A stretch of DNA of 64,000 nucleotides, taken from positions 15,190,001 through 15,254,000 of the forward strand of contig NC_043017.1 in assembly GCF_006345805.1 (NCBI RefSeq), given 5' to 3'. The stretch comes from Octopus sinensis. Lineage: Eukaryota. The position numbers and the translations under genes are program-made. Each line of letters begins with the position of its first letter. Position 1 is the stretch's first letter. Below are positions 1 through 13,590 of this stretch, one piece after another. The notes below the pieces were generated by a model. The model did no database searches and was not told the origin of the DNA. It worked only from the letters and a program-made list of their open reading frames with translations.

Positions 1-49
1 TAATATTTACAACAATATCTCAGAATAATATAATCCAGCAAATTAACGA

Positions 50-730
50 GTTTCTTTTTTTTTTCCTTTTCTTTTGTTTTCTTTTTCTGAAGAGATTTTC
101 GTTTTGCTTTGTTTTTGTTTTTGGTCCTTTTCTTCTTTTTTAGTTCTTCATTCCTCCTTTTCTTCCTTCATTCGTTCTCCCTGTCCTTCTTCTCTCTCTT
201 CTTCTTTCATTCTTTATCTCTGCTATCGTTCATAGAACTTTGCCCATCAAAAATAATTTCCTTTAACCTCTCTCTCTCTTCCTCTTTTCCTTTCTTCGAA
301 ACTCTTCTTTTTCTTCCTTTCCTGCTGCTGCTGTTGCTACTGTTACAGCCGCTGCTGCTGCTGCTGCTGTGCTTCCTCCCCTCTCCTCCCTCCTACCCCC
401 GCCTTCTGTATCCAATCCATATCTAATCTATAATCTCTGTCAATCCTGGATGACGGACTCGTCTCTATTTCATTCATTCCTTCCTTTCATGTTTCCTCTC
501 TCTCTCTCCTACTTTTCACACTTTCTCCTTATCTCTTTCTCTCTCCCTCTCTCTTTCTTCTTTCTCTCTTTCTTCATTTCTTCTGCTAATCAATTCCTCC
601 CGTCTCTGCCATCTGCCAGACTAAACTTACCTGTTGTTATTACTATTTTCTCGTTGTTGTTGTTGCTATTGTCCTCGCTTTTGTTGGTATTGTAGGTACT
701 GTTGTTGTTGTTGTTCTTGTTCTTGTTTTC
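50..730. repeat. Low-complexity CT-rich tract with (CTG)n and (GTT)n microsatellites
   Basis: Pyrimidine-rich sequence, ctgctgctg at ~322-370, gttgttgtt at ~650-725; overlapping ORFs are F/L/S-biased artefacts. Confidence 0.9.
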
Positions 731-1045
731 CTTGTTTATACTGAGTGCTTCCTGCCTTTTGTCTCCAGTTTGCATTTCTTTCGCGCTATCTACCCGTTCC
801 TTCTCTATACTATCCACCCGGAATATTCCTAAAGTTATCCACATGGATTTCTCATACTCTCTCCTGCATTGTGCTGGCCCCACGGCTCGGTCTTCACACG
901 TCTACCCTGATCTAACTCGTGTCTGACATCGGCCGATTCTATCCTATAAAATCCACCCGTCCACCTGGATCCACTCTTATCAACTAGCGTCAATCATTTA
1001 ATTCGCCCAAATAAACACATCAATGTACACTCATGCAATCAGAGC

Positions 1046-1083
1046 CATTCATACACACACGCACACACACACGCACACACACA

Positions 1084-1132
<49 letters not shown>

Positions 1133-1500
1133 ATTCCGTGTATGTTAAGAAACGCTGACGTGTTAAAGTTAGCAACTGTAATTGCAAGCTTTCTTCGCGT
1201 ATTTCGTGCATTGACAATAGAAAGTATTCTAATGTTGAAGGTACATAACAGCCCTTACCCCTTACCCGAAGGGAAAAACATGGGCATTGGATGGCATGTA
1301 TGTATTTTTGAATGTATTCATATGTATGAAAGTACGTGCGTATGTACGCATGTGTATATATGTATGTATGTGCCTGTTTATATGTATGTATCTATGTGTG
1401 CATGTTTTTATATATTTATATATGTATGTGTATATATGTATATGAGTGTGCATATATGTATGTGTGTGTGTATGTATGTATGTAAGTATGTATGTGTAAC
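1046..1500. repeat. (CA)n microsatellite and TATG-rich low complexity
   Basis: Direct (CA)n run 1046-1135; degenerate (TATG)n 1300-1500. Confidence 0.9.
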
Positions 1501-2689
1501 ATGAGGCACAGATTAGCCTAGGGCTAGGAGAATTAGATGGAATGTCTGGTAATATTTATTCCGTTTGCCTGCTAGGAAAGTAACGTTCGGCTTCCAGAAA
1601 CAGCCCTTGAGTCTACTGTACGGACTGTGCAATCTTGTTGTCAGTTTAGCTGACCAGTTAAAATTTCGGATCGCCAACAGTACTTCTACGCAATGACCAC
1701 GGGACACCTCTATCTATGTGTGATCTGATAGAGCCACTCTGCATGCTCTATGTCCATGTGAGAGACCGGCTACATATCTGTTAGACAGCTGGAAGCGTCC
1801 GAGTAAACATTTAGTTCCCTTTTATTTTCATAGTCGCTGCCTCACTGAGCGGCTAAAATGCAATTCCAGTCGCTCGTTGTTATTTATAAGTGAGAGATTT
1901 TTTTTTATTTCTAGAAAGTTTATCGACGCCTAAAGAACTCAAGCTGCCCTTCCGTCCGCAGGACATAGACGGCTATCCGACTTAATGCAATGCCTTCTCT
2001 GCTGCTCGTCTCCAGCACGACCGACTTATAAACTTGTCACCCTACCGTTCCATCTTCACACAAGGTGAAACTGGTTATTCGTTATCACAAAAAACATGAA
2101 CTGACCCAGGGCTAATCAACAACAGTAATTATTCAATAAAGAGAACTTGAAAGGCGTTTTCATATGCTCATTCTCTCTGCTAGAAAGGCTAGCCAAACTC
2201 CCATTAATCCCCTGCTGCTTAGGAAAGTAAGGGCACATTAGATCCACTTTTCCTATAGAAACTCGAACTGCCATAATTAGGGTTTGGGTTAGGATAGAGG
2301 TCTGGTGGATCACAGTAAACCTGGGGTTAACAACAACAGGAAAGAGGAAGACATTTGATAATGTAGTCCTAGATACACTATAGCTAAAATGAAATAGGCT
2401 ATTCTGCAGAAAGCCGGGCAAATTTGCGGTTGAGCAAATATATCTGGGGATCACACAAGGCAACAGAGAAAAGCCACGTTATGGATCAGTGTGTGCAATA
2501 TTTTAATCGATACTGTAACAACCCGTAACCCTATAATCGATGAAATGACGACCACAAGCTCTTCTGAAATATTGCAGGCAGAGTTGAGAGGTGTCGGAGC
2601 CTACACGGCCGCGTGCCCCGGAGGCTCGCTTTGCCTCTCACCTGCTTTCCGATTCAGTTTTACAGTGACGTGGCACTTTGGGCACGTGC

Positions 2690-2920
2690 TTTCTACTATG
2701 AAAAGGGGTCAAGTTACCTTCTGGAGTCATATCATCTCATAAGGGCTGGTTTCCCGGTTTCCATGGCATATATATTCTCCACCTGGATGGAACCGTCGCA
2801 GGATTAACTCATTTTTGCCCCCTGGGTGGACTGAAGCAACGTGAAATGAAGGGTTTTTCTCAAGAACACAACGTGTCACCCGGTCATCAGTCTAACACCC
2901 TAGCCACTAAGCCACGCGCC
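2690..2920 (-). mobile_element. tRNA-derived SINE (family C)
   Basis: Minus strand reads ggcgcgtggcttagtggctaggg (A-box-like head), then gttgtgttcttgagaaaaacccttcatttcacgttgcttcagtcc; related to 50592-50860 and to the tail at 16030-16140. Confidence 0.7.
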
Positions 2921-3109
2921 TACCCTTCTACCATATCGCTGGGCAGACCAATGCTTTGATTTAGATTGTTAGAGGGGAAACTGTGTGGAAGCTCATCGTA
3001 AATGAGTGCGTGAGTATGTTTTTGTGTATGTGTGTGTGGTGTGTGAGTGCGTGTGCGTGCATGTGCGTGTGTGTATGCGTGCATGTATGCGTATAAATGC
3101 ATGTTTTTG

Positions 3110-3305
3110 TATTTGTTGCTTCAGCGTCGCTTGACAACTGGGGTTGGTTTGGTTACGTCCTCACAATTTCGCAGTTCGATCAGGTACCGATGGAATACCC
3201 GATTTAATACCAAGTCCTGGGCTCCATTTGGTCGACTAAACACTTCAAGGCGTTGCCCGTGCCCCAGCATGGCCGTAATCCAACGAATGAAACAAGTAAA
3301 AGATA
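3110..3305 (+). mobile_element. SINE family A, 3' half (diverged)
   Basis: gcttgacaac...acgtcc...gcatggccg...gaaacaagtaaaaga aligns with the 3' half of 12406-12830. Confidence 0.8.
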
Positions 3306-3749
3306 ATATTCTCGTCTTTTCTTTTAAAATGGAACAAATGGTGTTTTATGATCACCAGGTATGGACAGACAGACAGACAGGTGACCGGAAGTAAGATTGT
3401 ATGTTGACAACTTGAATTGTAATGGTCAATAAGGACTGGACACACGTTCCTCTGGGCCAACAATAGAAAGAAACTCTATGGTTACTACTACTAACTGTGG
3501 GACTAACTGGTTATGTTGAACTACTACTACTACTACTTCTACTACTACTAGGTAAATAACAACACCAAAATATTCAAACAGCCACTACTAGAAGAACAAC
3601 AGCGACGGAAGCTGTTGATGGCAGCCAAACGTGCAAGACATAACAGTCTTTCACAAATCACAAGCGACCAAGCAGAAGGACATATTGGGCATTGTAGTGG
3701 TAGATAAACAATTAGAGGACAGTGGTTGTGTTAGGAGTGCTTTTGATTA

Positions 3750-5260
3750 AACGTCAGTTGGTTTGTTAACTACGATGAACAACAGTGAATAGAGATGAAC
3801 CACCGTGAACAACACTTCAAAGCAGTTAAAGACAAGCATAAATGACCGACAGTAAACACGTGGCAGGAAACAACAGTTAACACACATTGATGGATGTTAT
3901 ATGCCGGTGGAAAACAGTGGATAATGGTGAACACGAGTCAATACCATTAAACAGAAGTGAACTATAAAAGTGCTAGATGAACAATGAACAGACGATTAAT
4001 CGCCAGGGAACAAAGTCAAACTTCAAACACTCGTGTAAACGGAAGAACAAGCGAGACAAAAGTTGACAAAATATTAACAAGGATTAACACTAACGATAAA
4101 TGAACAACCATGAACATGATGAAAGACAAAGATCAAGGAACAGCTGTCGTAAAAAGAAGGGTTAAACGACAGGTGATGAAGTTCAAAAAGCAAATTCGAA
4201 CAAAATGGTGAACAAATATTGAATTATTTCATGAACGACAGTTAATGGTAATTTATGTAAAATAACAACAGTGAATAACAAAAACAATTTGCAAGCGTGA
4301 ATAGCATAGTGAACGCTAAGTATAAATGAACAGCAATAAACCAAGATATCAACTGTGAGCAACGATGAACGCTGAAGATCAATAAACAACAAGCAAGAAG
4401 GATCTTTTCTGGGGGTTTTCTTTAAAGTTTGATCATTTTTACCTAGACAGACAACAGGATTTGGAAACTGTTATTTTGTGTGTGACAGCAAATGTTGTCA
4501 ACTTAAAACAAATGAAATATTGGCGGAATTCCGCTTTACGCCATATAAACCCCTCGTAATATTTTCATTTTTTGGAATTTTCAGAAAATCTTTTCCGACC
4601 TATACTCCACACACAGGAATTCATTCGATTAAGCAAAAACCAAGGCAAAATATTTGGGGGTGAGTGATTTAAGGTGTATTTAGCTGTTATTTTTAGCACA
4701 TTTCACGATAAGTTCAATGAGTAGATTATAGTCGTTAACACGTGCTTTCTCGCAGACAAAATAGTTCTTATGCTTGGCTTGTTACTATGGAAACAGGCAT
4801 GAATGTGTCTAGCTTACGACTGGCTAATATTACCCAAGATTTGCAAACTTTAAAAGCTAGCTACTTTTTATTTATTGATTTATTGCAAAAATGAATTTTA
4901 TGTCGATGATTAGCATACAAAACTACATCATTACACCAAGTATGAAGTTAATTGGAACAGAAATTGAAGAAATTGAAAAGTAGCGGCCAAACAGAATAGA
5001 TCCAACAATAAAATGAACAAATGTTGTTTATCAATGAACAACGTCAAGTGGTGAACAAACAGAAACAAACAGTGAACAATATCGAAAGCTGTAGATTGAT
5101 AAAATCATCGATCATTCACGAAGGAGCTTTAATGAACAATAAAAACATCGAACAATATCGAGAACAATGAACAAACGAAAGAAGCAGTGAACAAACAGCT
5201 GATAAACACAATAAGAAAGGAAACACACGGTCTGCTAAATCGTCGCTAGAGCTGCTAGAA
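3750..5260. repeat. Degenerate A-rich minisatellite (gtgaacaac-like), blocks ~3750-4400 and ~5010-5260
   Basis: Recurrent tgaacaa/gaacaac/acagtgaa motifs with strong strand bias. Confidence 0.55.
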
Positions 5261-5451
5261 AGAGCAGCCAAATTTCCAGTCAAATCATGCCCTGTTGCGT
5301 TAAACACAGGAGAAAGAATGCAGTTTCTGATATAGAGTGGATGGTCATGGCAGGAATGGCTTTGATCATAGTACTGCGTTAGACAAAGATGAAGGCTGGC
5401 TAAACCATAACCATGTAGGAAGTACAAAGCCTTCGGAACTGAGGACAACAA

Positions 5452-5960
<509 letters not shown>

Positions 5961-6644
5961 GCGGCGTGTGTGTGTGTGTCTGTGTGTATAATTTGATAAT
6001 GTATAATATGTGTGTGCGTGTGTGTGTAGAGGTTAAATTCTCGCCGATGCAATTACGTGAGATGAACATTTCAATTGTTATTGTTCTCTGGTTGGAAGAC
6101 AACACTTCCTATATTTAGCAACAGCAGATCCACAGAGAATGAGAGAAGAATCTGTCTTGTGAAATGATTGGTTCTTCTTAATTGGTCTTGGTATCATCTG
6201 TAAAACATCTCTACCTCATGATGCTAAAAAAAGATTTTTCTCTGCTACATTGGGATCGGTGCTATGCTTCCGCTTGTTGGACACTCACCAAACTCCAGGA
6301 GATGAAGCTCGATGGCGGTTACATCATTGTATGTTAGGGGCCTTTCTCATGATCTACTGGGAAATACGTTGGACCTAAAATATGATTTTATGGCAGGTTT
6401 GGGGTACTGTCGCGTAGATGAGATGCAAATTTTGTACAAGTATTTGGGGCAAAGGAGTAAGTCGGCAGGGGCTTATATTTTCCATCTTATTTCCTATGTG
6501 TAAATTATTTCTTAAATATCAATAAATGAAAGAACTTTTTGGATATTCCAAATAGTATTTTGACGGCAACAAGATATTATGGTGTATATATATTTGAGGT
6601 GTATATAATTATAGTTTATACATAATTGTGCTAAGTCAGAGAGC

Positions 6645-6795
6645 CGGTAGAATCATTGGCGCATCGAACAAAATACTTAGTGGCATTTTACTGGATCATT
6701 AGGTTCTGAGTTCAAATTCCGCCTTCGGAGTCGATAAAATAATGCACCAGTGAAGAACTGACTTTAGCCTCCCATTAAAATTGCTGCCCTTCGAA
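6645..6795 (+). mobile_element. tRNA-derived SINE with Nin/Deu-like domain (decayed)
   Basis: gtagaatcatt...ttctgagttcaaattccgcc...gtcgataaaataa; same family as 16670-16830, 19905-20050, 24800-24925. Confidence 0.6.
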
Positions 6796-7052
6796 CCCTG
6801 TGTCCTTTCAACCGGCGTCCCGTTCAGCGGGCGATATTGTAATCACAGGTTATTGGTTAGGGGTCAAGAAAAATAATATAGTTGCATTGAATAATAAACA
6901 GCGAGAAGATTCGTGAAAAAGTATTTGTAAAAGTAAAGGACGAGATTATTTGAACAAGTTCGGAATCTGTATGAAAATAGAACTTACGGAGAGCTTTTGA
7001 GTTATTATTTGATAACTCATTAGTGATCTATACATGTAGATCCGATTGGTTT

Positions 7053-7195
7053 CCATCTACCAAATTCACTTACAAAGCTTTGGTCGCCCGAGGCAAGAAT
7101 AGAAGACTCTTGGCCAAGGTGCCTCGCAGTGGGACTGAACCCGGAACCATACGATAGGGATGCAAGCTCCTTACCACACATACATGCCTGCACCT
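7053..7195 (-). mobile_element. SINE family A, 5' half
   Basis: Reverse complement of the head and body of 12406-12560 (gggactgaacccggaaccat, ctaccaaattcacttacaaagctttggtc). Confidence 0.85.
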
Positions 7196-8039
7196 ACATA
7201 TGTGTGTGTATGTGCGTGCGTGTGTAGATACAGACAGAAAATACAAATCCTTAATTCATACGCTACAAAGGATTACGATATCTGAGACAATAAAAATCTG
7301 CAAGACCTTCGTAAGACTTCAAGAATGACAGTTAAAACAAGATGCTTTCCTTCAAATCCTTGCTACTAAATATGTGGCCGCTTAAAATTTGCTCTAAATT
7401 AAAAAGAAAAAGAGAACATCGTTACATAGGTTGCTTTAGAGGAGTTGAAGCTCAAATCAAATATTTCTTTCCCAAAAGAAGGAAGGAATGGTAATTACCA
7501 AAAGTTATATCAGAGATAACGGTGGAACAGTTCAGCTGCTATTCCAACGTTATCGTCGTTCAGTCGTAAAATATTAGTTCTTACCATGAGCTTCCATGAC
7601 GATAGAACCCTTAAATAGATTAATCAATGAAGTAAAATTTTGGCCATAAACGGTATTTGACGAAATGAGAGTTCCTGTTATTTGGCACCGTTGGCCATAA
7701 AATTACTAGCTGTTCCTTCTTTACTGCACCCCCGTCGGCTGGACGTAAAAACATAATTGATGAAAGAGAAGTCATATTGTGAAGAGAAAGTTATCCTATT
7801 AAATATCTCTAGCTTACAAGTAAAGTCTACGAGATTATAACTTCAGCTTTCATATTGCGCAACGACGGCTGTAATGTCCTGATGGCGACACTGGAGGCTC
7901 ACTGTTTATAGATCCGCCTTCGACGTCGCCATCTTCTTTGTTCCTGATTTCTCTGTGACTTTTTATAAAACTTGGAGGCATGCATAAATAACTAGCTTTA
8001 CCCATATGCAGCACAATTATCTGTGTGTGTGAATGCGTG

Positions 8040-8750
8040 TATGTGTGTTTGTTCCCCCACCACTGTTTGACAACCGGTGTCGGTGTGAACGGAAATTAGC
8101 GGTTCGACAAAAGACGCCGATAGAATAAGTACCGATCTTTAAAGATATAAATACTGAGGTCGATTCATTCGACTACAAATTCTTCAAGGTGCTGCTGTGG
8201 CATGGCCTCAGTCTAATGACTGAAACGGGAAAGATTAAAGATAATAACTGCTGCTATGTGGTAAGACGCTTGCTTCTCGACCACATGGTTCCGAGTTCAG
8301 TCCAACTCTGTGGCACCTTGGGCAAGTATCTTCTATTATAGCCACGGGTCGATATAAGCCTTCTAAGTCGATTCGGTAGACAGAAACGGAAAGAAGCTCG
8401 TCCTAAACATACATACATACGTACATACACACACACACACCACACACACATACATACATACATACATACATACATACATACATACATACATACATACATA
8501 CATACATACATACATGTATCAATGTGTGAGCGTCATTATGCTTTTGTTTGTCCCCGCCTCACCGCTTGACAACCGGTGTGGGTGTATTTACGTCCCCGTA
8601 GCTTAGAGCTTCGACAAAAGAGGTCAATAGAATAAGCACCAGACTTTAAATAAAAGTAAGTCCTGGGATCGACTTGTTCGACTAAGACCCCTAAAAAGCG
8701 GTGCCCCAGCATGGCCGCAGTCAAATGAATGACACAAATAAAAATAATAA
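8040..8750 (+). mobile_element. Two tandem SINE family A copies: 3' half 8040-8240; near-full copy 8252-8750 with internal (TACA)n
   Basis: Head tgtggtaag...ccacatggttccgagttcagtcc, body gacagaaacggaaagaag, tail gcatggccgcagtcaaatga. Confidence 0.85.
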
Positions 8751-8774
8751 TAATGGACTTCCTATTATGATGAT

Positions 8775-8955
8775 GTGTTCACAGTGATCACATGTTTGCG
8801 TGCACATCAGCTCACTCCCTCCATCAAATCGACATTACCTGCACAGGTGCACCGTGTACCAAATGATCGCAGATCAACGAGAAAAAAGTGCTTTGCTCAA
8901 GAAAGAAACGCAACGCCCTGTCTGGGAATCGAAACGACGATCTCGCAATGCACCT
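8775..8955 (-). mobile_element. SINE fragment with tRNA-like B-box
   Basis: gggaatcgaaac is a reverse-complement B-box; gtgctttgctcaagaa matches the SINE central domain. Confidence 0.55.
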
Positions 8956-9015
8956 TCATATATATACATATATACATATATATATACATATATACATATA
9001 TATATACATATATAC

Positions 9016-9065
<50 letters not shown>

Positions 9066-9160
9066 TATATATATTATTTACTTTGCTTTGTTATATATAT
9101 TGTTATTATTTTTTATTTTGCTGCCTTCATAGGCGTGGTTGTGTGGTAAGTAGCTTGCTC

Positions 9161-10060
9161 ACTTCCGGTTGGTCTGGACTGTTGTGAGAAGATGTGATTT
9201 TCGGCTCCGTAAACAGAAAAAAAGAACAAAAAGAATAATTGTCAATTATGGCTCGCTATTGCGAGCAAAATACTGGTTCTCATCACCGTAACGGTGAGTT
9301 GAGAATTTTTTCTTGAAAATTCTTTTTGTAAATTCTAGTGGGCGTATCTCACCAGAAAAATAAGAATAAGCCATTTGGATTACCTTTTTGGATTACCTTT
9401 TTGGAGTATTATACAAAGGATTCCTTGTCTGTGTTATTTGTGAGGTTTTTCTATTACTTTTCCCTTCTTTTATTTTTTCTTTCTTTCTAAATTTTGGTTC
9501 ATTCTTTTCATTACTTTAATTTCAGTTTCCTCCCCTCCTCTTTTATTTTGTTTTATTTTTATTCGGTTAAATTTTTTGGCAGATTGTCTTTTGAACTACT
9601 TTTGAACTGTTTTTTGACATGGCAGAGAAGGAACTTAAAAAGAAAAACTCTGTCTTAGAGTGGGTTAAAAGATATGGAGGAGAAGACTGTGGTACTTAGA
9701 ACTTATTCTAAAGTTCTTAATTCCATCACCGTCTTTCCAAAACAAGTCATAAAAAATGAACTTAAAGAATATTTGTCCTCTTTAAAATATATATCTCGTG
9801 GTGTCAAACATGCAACTATATGGTTGCTGTTTGACGACGGGGAAAAAGCTCGCCAGTTTGCAAGTCAGCCTTTAGAAGGCAAGGAAATTCTGTTCCTTCC
9901 GTCATATTGTGGAAGAAAATTAATACGAGCCTGGGTATGTGGGTTATCCCAGGCACCGAAGCGGATTGGATTGAAAATACCATCCGACGGGGACTGGGAG
10001 ATGGCGGGCTCAGGATCTTAAATGTAAGGGTATTGCCGGCGGTCGATTGGGATGGGACAA
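9161..10060 (+). pseudogene. 5' end of an L1/Tx1-like LINE: 5'UTR and frameshifted ORF1-like gene (ATG 9619)
   Basis: Starts cacttccggtt; T-rich UTR; MAEKELKKKNSVLEWVKRYG /fs/ EEKTVVLRTYSKVLNSITVFPKQ...WLLFDDGEKARQFASQPLEGKEILFLPSYCGRKLIRAWV /fs/ IPGTEADWIENTIRR. The reading is protein-like with two frameshifts; clade assignment is inference. Confidence 0.5.
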
Positions 10061-10331
10061 TACTTCGTGAATGCTATTTGATCGACAGTAACTTTGCGGA
10101 AACACGGTGGACATATGAGCATGCAAGCATACATACATACATACATACATACATACATACATACATACATACATACACACATACTATACATAAACACTAA
10201 TAAATGCAAGTAGAATAACGTATTTTCGGATATTCTAAAATTGTTGACACAACAGAAACAATTGTTTCTCTTAGAAGAGAATTCTACAATTAAAGAAGTG
10301 ATTTCGTCTATACGTAATTTTGTTTATATAC

Positions 10332-10448
<117 letters not shown>

Positions 10449-10599
10449 CAAATGAAAGACAGAAGATGGAATATACGCGAATGTATTATTAATCACAATT
10501 GTTTAGACATATCTAGCATCGATTCCTCTTGTGGGTCACACAACAACTGGTTCAGGAGTATCCGGTGGTGCAGACATATCGCGTTGGGTGATATATGTG

Positions 10600-10638
<39 letters not shown>

Positions 10639-10803
10639 CATGGATGGATGTATGGATAGGTAGATACATAGATACATAGGCTTAAAAAGGATTTAGATAA
10701 TCCTATCAGGTGGTGCTGTAAAGTTAGACATGGCCTGGACCAGTCTTTGGTCAAAGCATGTCTAAGTTTATCTAAGTTTATATGCGTGGCTGTGGACACT
10801 CAC

Positions 10804-10902
10804 ATACAAAATATGGCGTTTAGTTCACAGGTGATTTAACGTATATGACTGGAGATGTTTATCTTGCCTTAACATATGTTGTCCAACAATTACATATAAT
10901 AT

Positions 10903-10935
<33 letters not shown>

Positions 10936-11043
10936 ATATGTATGTATGTAATAATTTAACATGACAACAAGCGTTCAGGCAAGACAAACATCTCAAGTCA
11001 TATACGTTGAATCACCTGTGAACTAAACGCCCATATTTTGTAT
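10804..11043. repeat. Inverted repeat, ~80-bp arms (10804-10883 / 10963-11043) around a (TA)n spacer; MITE-like
   Basis: atacaaaatatggcgtttagttcacaggtgatttaacgtatatgact... versus ...agtcatatacgttgaatcacctgtgaactaaacgcccatattttgtat; roughly 85% identity by eye. Confidence 0.85.
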
Positions 11044-11487
11044 ATATATACAGATATATATATGTATATGTGCCTATATACATACATACGCATGCGCGCA
11101 CAAAGGAGGAGAGATAGAAAGAGAAGAGATAAGAATGAGATAAGCATTTATGCATTACTTGACGTCGCATACGTATACATACACAGATACGCATGTGCGC
11201 CTGAAGAGAAAGAGAGAAAGAGAGGACTGTTATTTAATGCCAAACACAACTTCCAGATTTACACTCTCACTTCTTTCCATGATATTCTTGATATAACAAC
11301 CTGGCTGATATCTGTCTATCGTCTTGGTGATATCCGTGCGTATATCCTGGCTGGAATTTCTTTATAACCTGACTGATATCTGACAATTGTCTTGGTGATA
11401 TTGATGTCTATCCATCCGCCTATCTACCTCTTCGTCTATGTATATATAATATATATATATATATATATAAATATATTAATAAGTATA

Positions 11488-11533
<46 letters not shown>

Positions 11534-11810
11534 GCATGTATGTATATAAATATAAATAAATATATATATATATATATTATATATATGCATGCATGTATGT
11601 ATATAATATAATATATATATATATATATGTATGTATGTATGTATGTATGCATGTATGTATATAAATATAAATATATCTATATATGTATGTATGTATGCAT
11701 GCTTGTATATATTTTGCATTCATGTATATATATATAGATAGACATATATATATATGCATACATCCATATATGTATATATATATATATACATATATATATA
11801 TGCATATATA

Positions 11811-11856
<46 letters not shown>

Positions 11857-12405
11857 TAATATATATATATATATTATATATAGTACAAAGTAAGAAAGGG
11901 GTTATGAGTGTAACCCACTATGGGATATCAGTTACCCAATATGCTGCTGGTGAAGCACCCAAATGCCAAATACATAAATGCTTATAATTGCAATGCAATT
12001 AATTCATTTATTGTATCGGATGGGCGAAGGTAAAATATTTTACCTCAAATTCATAATACAAATAAGAAAGTGGAGGAACAGATTCATTTCAATCATAAAC
12101 TTACAGATATTACCAATTCATGTTATTTATTAACTATATAAATATGAACATCCAAATCGAACAAAACAATATACATCAATATGCAAGATAATCATACCAT
12201 AAGAATAATACACGTAAAATGGTCCTTACAGCTGTTTAAGCCTATAGATAAAAGTATCTCATTCTGCCTATATTAGTCAGATGTATTGAGGTAATATGCA
12301 GTTAAAAATGAGGTACTTATATATATATATCTCAAGGATTCGTCAGAGATTATAAAGTACAATTATGAAAATGTAAATATAAATATGAAACAAAACACAC
12401 ATATA

Positions 12406-12830
12406 GGCGCAGGAGTGGCTGTGTGGTAAGTAGCTTGCTAACCAACCACATGGTTCCGGGTTAAGTTCCACTGCGTGGTACCTTGGGCAAGTGTCTTCTG
12501 CTAAAGCCTCGGGCCGACCAAAGCCTTGTGAGTGGATTTGGTAGACGGAAACTTAAAGAGGCCTGTCGTATATATGTATATATATATATATATGTATGTG
12601 TGTTTGTTTGTGTGTCTGTGTTTGTCCCCCTTAGCATTGCTTGACAACCGATGCTGGTGTGTTTACGTCCCCGTCACTTAGCGGTTCGGCAAAAAGAGAC
12701 CGATAGAATAAGTACTGGGCTTAAAAAAAAAGAATAAGTCCCGGGGTCGAGTTGCTCGACTAAAGGCGATGCTCCAGCATGGCCACAGTCAAATGACTGA
12801 AACAAGTAAAAGAGTAAAGAGTAAAGAGTA
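12406..12830 (+). mobile_element. Full-length tRNA-derived SINE family A with internal microsatellite and (AAGAGT)-type tail
   Basis: ggcgcaggagtggctgtgtggtaag (A-box-like), gggttaagttcc (B-box-like), ggtagacggaaac, internal (TA)/(TG), tail gactgaaacaagtaaaagagtaaagagtaaagagta. Best-preserved copy in the window. Confidence 0.9.
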
Positions 12831-13336
12831 TACATTTGGAGATATCTCTCTATATAAACATTAGTGTATATACATATATACATATATATAAGTATGTATA
12901 TAAAAATATACATACACATATAATTAATTATATATACTGGAATATACATATATATCCATATCCATGGGTACATATACAATGTTCATTACATTACCAATAT
13001 TATTATTAATAATAATATTAATATTAGATTATGTGCATTCTGCTATTCACAATACATAGTAAATGAAAAATACAACATAGATTATAGTATAATATAATAT
13101 AATATAATATAATATATAGACAGATGTTTATGAAAGATGCAAGCACATTAATTCAACAAACAATGTCATTATATTCATATATCATAGAGTGAAAATCGAA
13201 ACTTCAGTCTTATTCTGCAGACATAAATACACACACAGAGGTAACAAACACATGCATAATGCACAATGAATTTGCTCCTCCATTTTCTTATTTGTATATG
13301 TATATATATAATAAAGGGCTCCCAAATAAGGATTAT

Positions 13337-13377
<41 letters not shown>

Positions 13378-13394
13378 ATGCATATATATATATA

Positions 13395-13590
13395 TAACGG
13401 GAAGCTTTATGAAAATAAACAAAAGACGAAGGCAGGTGGAAAACAAACGAACAATTGTATTAGTATGGCGCTCAGGAAATATAAATAAAACAAGTCTTTA
13501 ACGTTTCGAGCCTACGCTCTTCAACAGAAAGATACACAGAGAAAAAAACAGAAAGAAGAGAGAAAAAAAATGCGTGCAGTAGCTAACGAA
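13395..13590 (-). mobile_element. Penelope-like element 3' end with a decayed minimal hammerhead motif (13495-13532)
   Basis: Minus strand: tcttt CTGTTGA a gagc gtag gctc GAAACGTT aaaga. Stems I and II pair and stem III is palindromic ACGT, but the core has an A6>U change. Downstream ttcctgagcg also occurs at ~57951. Confidence 0.7.

Noticed and set aside
109-926. Hydrophobic 'membrane protein' ORFs
   Set aside because: F/L/S bias comes from CT and GTT low complexity; no domain or splice support.
2116-2463. 115-aa ORF
   Set aside because: No recognisable motif in any frame and no splice signals linking it to anything.
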